DNA from: Amoebidium appalachense
Lineage: Eukaryota > Protista > Ichthyosporea
DNA length: 64,000 nt
Direction: 5' to 3'
NCBI GenBank assembly: GCA_963693365.1
Contig: CAVNZM010000008.1
Coordinates: forward strand, 7,884,830 to 7,948,829
Positions 43,773 to 64,000 of the stretch are shown here, piece by piece (within the stretch, counting starts at the first letter, position 1; the number at the start of each line of letters is the position of its first letter). The translations under genes were made by a program, and so were the position numbers. The notes beneath the pieces are model-generated. The model made no database searches. It saw only the letters and a program-made list of their open reading frames with translations, and was not told the DNA's origin.

Positions 43773-44049
43773 ATTCTTCCGTTTGGTATTATTGCCAAAT
43801 ATGGAAATGATGGGGCTGGCCCCCTTAAGGCGTTTTTTCTCTTTTATGGAAGAGATGTGCATGGTTTTTATTTTGGTTACGTGTGGTGGTGTGACATTAA
43901 CATGTATTCATAGACGATACTGTAACACGTGATCTTGGGCTAATTTGATTGGTGGTGGGTCGAATAAATGTAATTTGGGGCGGGTTCACTTGATTTTTTT
44001 GAGAAGCCTAGTGTATTCCCCAGGCCCTTTAATCCGAAGGCTTCGCCTA

Positions 44050-44272
44050 AATTGGGCTATGCTTATTATGCATACTAGTACTCTCTATGTCTGATTTGCA
44101 CTCTGCATTGTGTTGTCCGTTGTGACTGTGTACTTCGTATTCTATAACACTTTCTTACCGCCTTACCCCTGGCTTTTCCCACTGCTCTTGCCTGTTGCTC
44201 TGTTGCCTGCTCACATAAGTATCCTTGCTCAAGACGGGTGACCCACCCATGTTCAAGTGAAACAGTACCTGA
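44050..44272 (+). repeat. Subfamily B 3' arm followed by 5' half of a second copy, broken by the LINE
   Basis: gggctatgcttattatgcatac...gtacttcgtattc, then cccctggcttttcccactgc...aagacgggtgacccacccatgttcaagtgaaacagtacctga, ending abruptly at 44272. Confidence 0.75.
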
Positions 44273-46463
44273 CCCGACACACTCACTTCCACAGATGACT
44301 ATTATTCCGAATTATTCCACCTTAATTCTGCTCCTTCCACGCACCCTTCGTATTCTTTACTCTCCACACCACCTTCCTGGCCGATTGATTCTTCCTTTCC
44401 AGGCGAATATTTGAGCTATTTTAATGCTGCACACGTTCAACGTGCTATTTCTGCCCTAAAACCCAAGAAGGCTTGTGGTCCGGATGCCCTTCCACCCGCG
44501 CTTCTTAAGGCATTGTGCCCTCCGCCCGTTATTACCAAAGGCGGGAATACGAGGCCTCCACCCCCCTTTGCGTATTTGGTGAGCGAGTTTTTTCTGCCTT
44601 CTATGAGTTGGGATTCATTCCTTCGTCGTGGAATGACACCATCACTAATACAGTCCGCAAGAAGGTCTCTACTGGTCCGATTTCTTCCTTCCGGCCAGTC
44701 ACCTTAACCGTTCATATTTCGTCGCCTATTCGAGTCCTGCATATTGCGTGCCTTCCACAAGCATGAGACCTTATCGAGTGTCTTCCGGTTGAGCAACATT
44801 CAGGGCGGATTTCGGCGTGTTTATTCGTGCTATACTCATGCTCTTCTATTACACGACACTATTCGTTCTGGATGTCGCGAGGTATGCTTTATCGACCTTA
44901 AGAATGCCTATGACACGATTCCAACGAATTTGCTGTGGCACAAGTTGGCCTCTCGAGGGCTACCTCTTCCCTTTGGTCGGCTACTTCAGGCGTTATTTGA
45001 ACGCACCCATGGGGCTGCCGTTGTGAATGGGGTACTGAGAAACGGATTCAATCGTACTCGAGGCCTTTTACAGGGCTCACTTTTGAATCCCCTTCTCTTT
45101 GATGTCTTTATTGACGACTTAGCGGTAACAATTTCCAGTTGCCGGCGACTCTTGTGTCTCCGGCCTTTTTTTCGCTGATGATATTGTCTTAGTCACTCAC
45201 GATCCTTCTATCATGAATAACATGCTTTCTCGAGTAGAAGACTGGTGTTTCCGAAATTTCATGAAAATTGGGGTAGATAAATGCGGCACCTTTTCTTCCA
45301 ATGCACACTACACTCTGAACAATCAACCTATCCCAATCGTGTCCTCCTATGACTATTTAGGTATTCCTTTCACCTCTAAGGGTATCTGGTTTGAGCGCCT
45401 TTTGACTTCACGCATTTCTTGTGCGCGTGGTCGCTTACATATCTATCAAGGAATATTCGCAAATATCTCTAATATTCATCCTGCCAATTTGCACTCTTTA
45501 TAAGTTTTTCTTCGTCCATGTTTCGAATATGGCCTCCCGTTACTCTTGTGTGCCCCTCCACGGCAACAGCGCGCGGCTCTTCGGGAATTCAATTCCTTTC
45601 AGCATGAATTCATCCAGTTTATTTCTCGAACCTCGCGTAGGCATCCTTTGGCGGCTCCCTTGCTGAGTGTTTTTGGTCTCCCTCCGGCGCGCCAGCGTAT
45701 GAATGAATTAGGACTTCGCTTTTGTTTTCATTTGGTTAGGCTTCCTTCTTATCATCCTTTGTTGCAATTCTTTCCTTCTTTAGCACCTGTTCCCGGCATT
45801 TCTAATGTTCGTGCGAAATGTCCTATCCCCAATCTCTCTCCCATTCCGAGATATCCTTTTAAATACTTATCTCCTTTATTTTTTTATTCTACTAGTTATC
45901 AGCAGTATGTTACTTGGTTTCATACTCACTATCCTTTGCTTCATCGTTGTGATTAAGAGTATCATGGTAGGGCACTTGAGCCTGTGCTTCTTTTTATATG
46001 AGATACTCGTCTATTTTCTTTACAATCGTTGTGTAATTTAGCTACTTATATTTATCCTTCCTCTCGTAAACCTTACCGATTTTGCAATTCTAACCCCTCC
46101 TTGTGATATAGCTTGGAAATGTTTATTTTGGCGCTGTAAGCTTTGTTTCCATAAATGTTTGTGCCACTTTTGTGCAGAACCTTTTTCTCGTAAACACTTA
46201 GATAGATGTATTTATTTATCTCAGATTATTCCGTTAGAAATCAGAAGACTGGCTTATTTAGATAATCCTGATATTACGTCTATTGGCTATCTGTTGAACC
46301 ACTGTATGTTCAACGAGTTTTCTAGGGTGTATGATTATTTAAGTCGTTATCTCCTCCGTATCCGAGAGTGAGGGCTTTTGTATTTTCTTCTCCGAAATAT
46401 CGGTGATATCTCGATGGCTTCTATTTTGCTGAGCATATCAATAAAGTCATTATAAAAAAAAAA
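44273..46463 (+). mobile_element. 5'-truncated, frameshifted non-LTR retrotransposon (LINE-type reverse transcriptase)
   Basis: Ordered RT motifs across shifting frames: YYSELF, KACGPDAL, IPSSW...FRPVTL, QGGFR, FIDLKNAYDTI, RGLLQGSLLNPLLFDVFIDDL, FADD (~45172-45183), KIGVDKC, YDYLGI. C-terminal CX2CX7HX3C knuckle (CHFCAEPFSRKHLDRC), stop at 46371, AATAAA 46440-46445, A10 tail 46454-46463. No introns or SSRs; no RLE motif after the knuckle. Confidence 0.92.
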
Positions 46464-46585
46464 GATTTTCGTCACTAATAATTAGATGGATGGGCCGAAA
46501 CTTGCGCACTGTTCATCACTTGGACCCCAGCTAAGCGACATTCTTATTATGCATACTCCTTTTGTGTGCTTTGCACAATGCATGG
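46464..46585 (+). repeat. Diverged 3' half of the structured repeat resuming after the LINE poly(A)
   Basis: ttttcgt...tgggccgaaacttgcgcactgt...tggacccc...cttattatgcatactc...ttgcacaatgcat parallels subfamily B tttcgt...tgggtcgaaactcgggtactgt...tgggcccc...cttattatgcatactc...ttgcattctgcat. Confidence 0.55.
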
Positions 46586-46659
46586 GGTTGCCCTAGTCTC
46601 CGAGGCTATGTACCCACTGACTTACGTAAGTGGCCGGGCACTATGTGGCAACATAGGGG

Positions 46660-46690
<31 letters not shown>

Positions 46691-47078
46691 CGCAGGGACT
46701 CGGACAGCACTCAGAGTGATAAATATGCGTATTGCCCGAACGTTATAAATGTGTTCCCCCCCCCCCCCCCCCCCCCCCCCTCACCCCCCTCCCCCCCCCC
46801 CTCCCCCCCGGGGGGCCCTGGCCCCCGTCCCAGTCTCAACATACATACAGACCTGAACACAGTTAACACAAACACACTGGCACACAGAAACACACACGAA
46901 CACTCATGCCGGCACACACACACGACACGTACACACACACGCATGCACCCACATGATTGCACTTGTATTAAGTGTGTCTTCTGTGCGAAAAACGTTCAGA
47001 ATCTTGCTAATAGTGTATTAATTGCCTATCTTTTGCACATACGTGTGCTCGCGATCAACAAACCAGCCCCCCGCCCCC

Positions 47079-47112
<34 letters not shown>

Positions 47113-47143
47113 CCACCACCACCACACACACACACACCATCCA

Positions 47144-47216
<73 letters not shown>

Positions 47217-48118
47217 TCACGCACGCGCGCGCACACAGACACACATGACATATAGCCAACACTAACAACAATATAACCCCCCCCAAAAAAAGAAAGAAAG
47301 AAAGAAAAAGAAAAAGAGGAAAAAAGCCACCGTGATCCCCACCGGCTCACCCGGGCGATGAAGAGCCCGGGCCTGTATAATCGTATCGGGTATCTTTTGC
47401 ATGCGCACGTCATGATTAATTTGTGCTTTTATCTTTGTGGTTGTTCATTGTCGTTACTTCACGGCCGTCCTCGAGCTCTCAAGTTGATATGCACGTACAT
47501 GCCGTGTATGCTCCCCCCCCCCCCCCCCCCCCCCCAATCATGCATACACACACACACACACACACGTGCCCACACACACACACACACATGCGCACACACA
47601 CATTACTAAACTGTATCACTGGCGCAACATCTTGTGGATTCTATTAATAGCCACGTGCACATGACACTTGGGGGGGATGTGGTGGCCTGATAAATCATGA
47701 TCACATCACCCATGTGACAAACGCTCCCGTCTGTAGCATATCTATGAAGGACACAGGAATTTCAAAACCATTTCACGGTTGCGGCAGCATGACACAGGGG
47801 TATTCCACTACAGTAACCTCAATATCCGGGTTTTTTCAATTTTGAAAATTATCCATTATCCATAGTTTAATCGATTTCAAAGACCGACGACTCCCTGAAT
47901 TCTCCATGAGACCAGCTCGTGTTCTTGCATTACCATATTAGGAAGTCAGATTTCCCAGTTCAATTTCACTACCATTTAAGGATATAAGATGAAGCAACAC
48001 TACCCCCCCCCCCCCCCCCCCCTCCCCCCTCCTCCTCCCCCCCCCCCACAAAACCGGAACAAACAATAACAAAACAAAACAAAACGAACCAAAAAAACAA
48101 AACCAAATAAAGAAACAG

Positions 48119-63455
<15,337 letters not shown>

Positions 63456-64000
63456 CTGCACACACACACAACGATTAATTCCTTCCCCCCCCCTTCACCC
63501 TCTCTCTCTCCCTCCCCCCTCCCTCCCCTTTCCCTCCCGCCACCCTTCCCCCCTCCCTCTCTTCCTGCCGAGTAACCATTAGAACTCTGATTCACCACCC
63601 AGGCATGACCCCAGCGTACAAGCATGCAGTGTGGAGAGGGGAGGCTGTACGATGGGAGAGATGGGTGGATTGAGGGGTAGAGAGGGGGGAAAGGGGTTTT
63701 TGGCGGGCTGGTTGGGGGGGGGGGGGGGGAGGGGGGGGCGGGGCGAAGGGGGGGGGGGGGGGGGGAAGGGGGGGGGGGGGAGGATAGAGGGAGAGGGATC
63801 ACCATTGGAAGAATATGGGAAGAGCGAAAAGGGGCCGGGGGAGGCCGGGGGGGGGGGGGGGGGGGGGGGGGGATGGAGGGAGTCAACAAGATATATACAC
63901 CAAAGGAGGTGAAAGTGATCGTTTAATGCCCCCCTCCTTCCCCTCCCCCCGGCCCCCCAAGGGGGAGGGGGGGGGGGGGGGGGGGGGGGAGGGAGGGCTC

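Noticed and set aside
46159-46371. R2/CRE-type restriction-like endonuclease after the CCHC knuckle
   Set aside because: The ORF ends ~55 aa after the knuckle with no convincing PD-(D/E)xK motif.
46590-46660. Hairpin cluster (ccact...agtgg; ctatgt-ggca-acatag) as another ribozyme
   Set aside because: Single copy, no covariation, no catalytic consensus.

Overview
Intron-rich eukaryotic genomic DNA. The gene content (AF4/FMR2, TACC and LRAT-family homologues) suggests a holozoan, possibly a unicellular one such as an ichthyosporean; this is inference only. Introns are saturated with poly-C/poly-G tracts and (CA)n/(GT)n/(CT)n microsatellites, so almost all of the supplied ORFs are low-complexity artefacts. 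Five spliced genes can be rebuilt from GT-AG exons: an AF4/FMR2 (AFF) super-elongation scaffold (+, ~3-21 kb), a RING-finger + LRAT/PLAAT-domain fusion (+, 23.6-28.9 kb), a TACC coiled-coil protein (-, 31.3-39.6 kb), mitoribosomal mS37/CHCHD1 (+, 40.5-43.8 kb) and UTP4/cirhin (-, 48.1 kb to beyond the window). There is also a 5'-truncated, frameshifted non-LTR retrotransposon (44.3-46.5 kb). The most striking object is a ~350-400 bp dispersed repeat with two subfamilies and about 25 full or partial copies. Every intronic copy I recognised is sense to its host gene, copies have a fixed 3' end running into poly(C), and 5' ends are variably truncated. Its ~160-nt core folds into a covarying, pseudoknotted RNA containing the hammerhead core motifs (GUH, GAAA, CUGANGA) in a non-canonical strand order. 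The LINE appears to have inserted within 3 nt of that putative cleavage site. Homopolymer indels and noisy sequence next to poly-C tracts mean assembly error must be excluded for some details.
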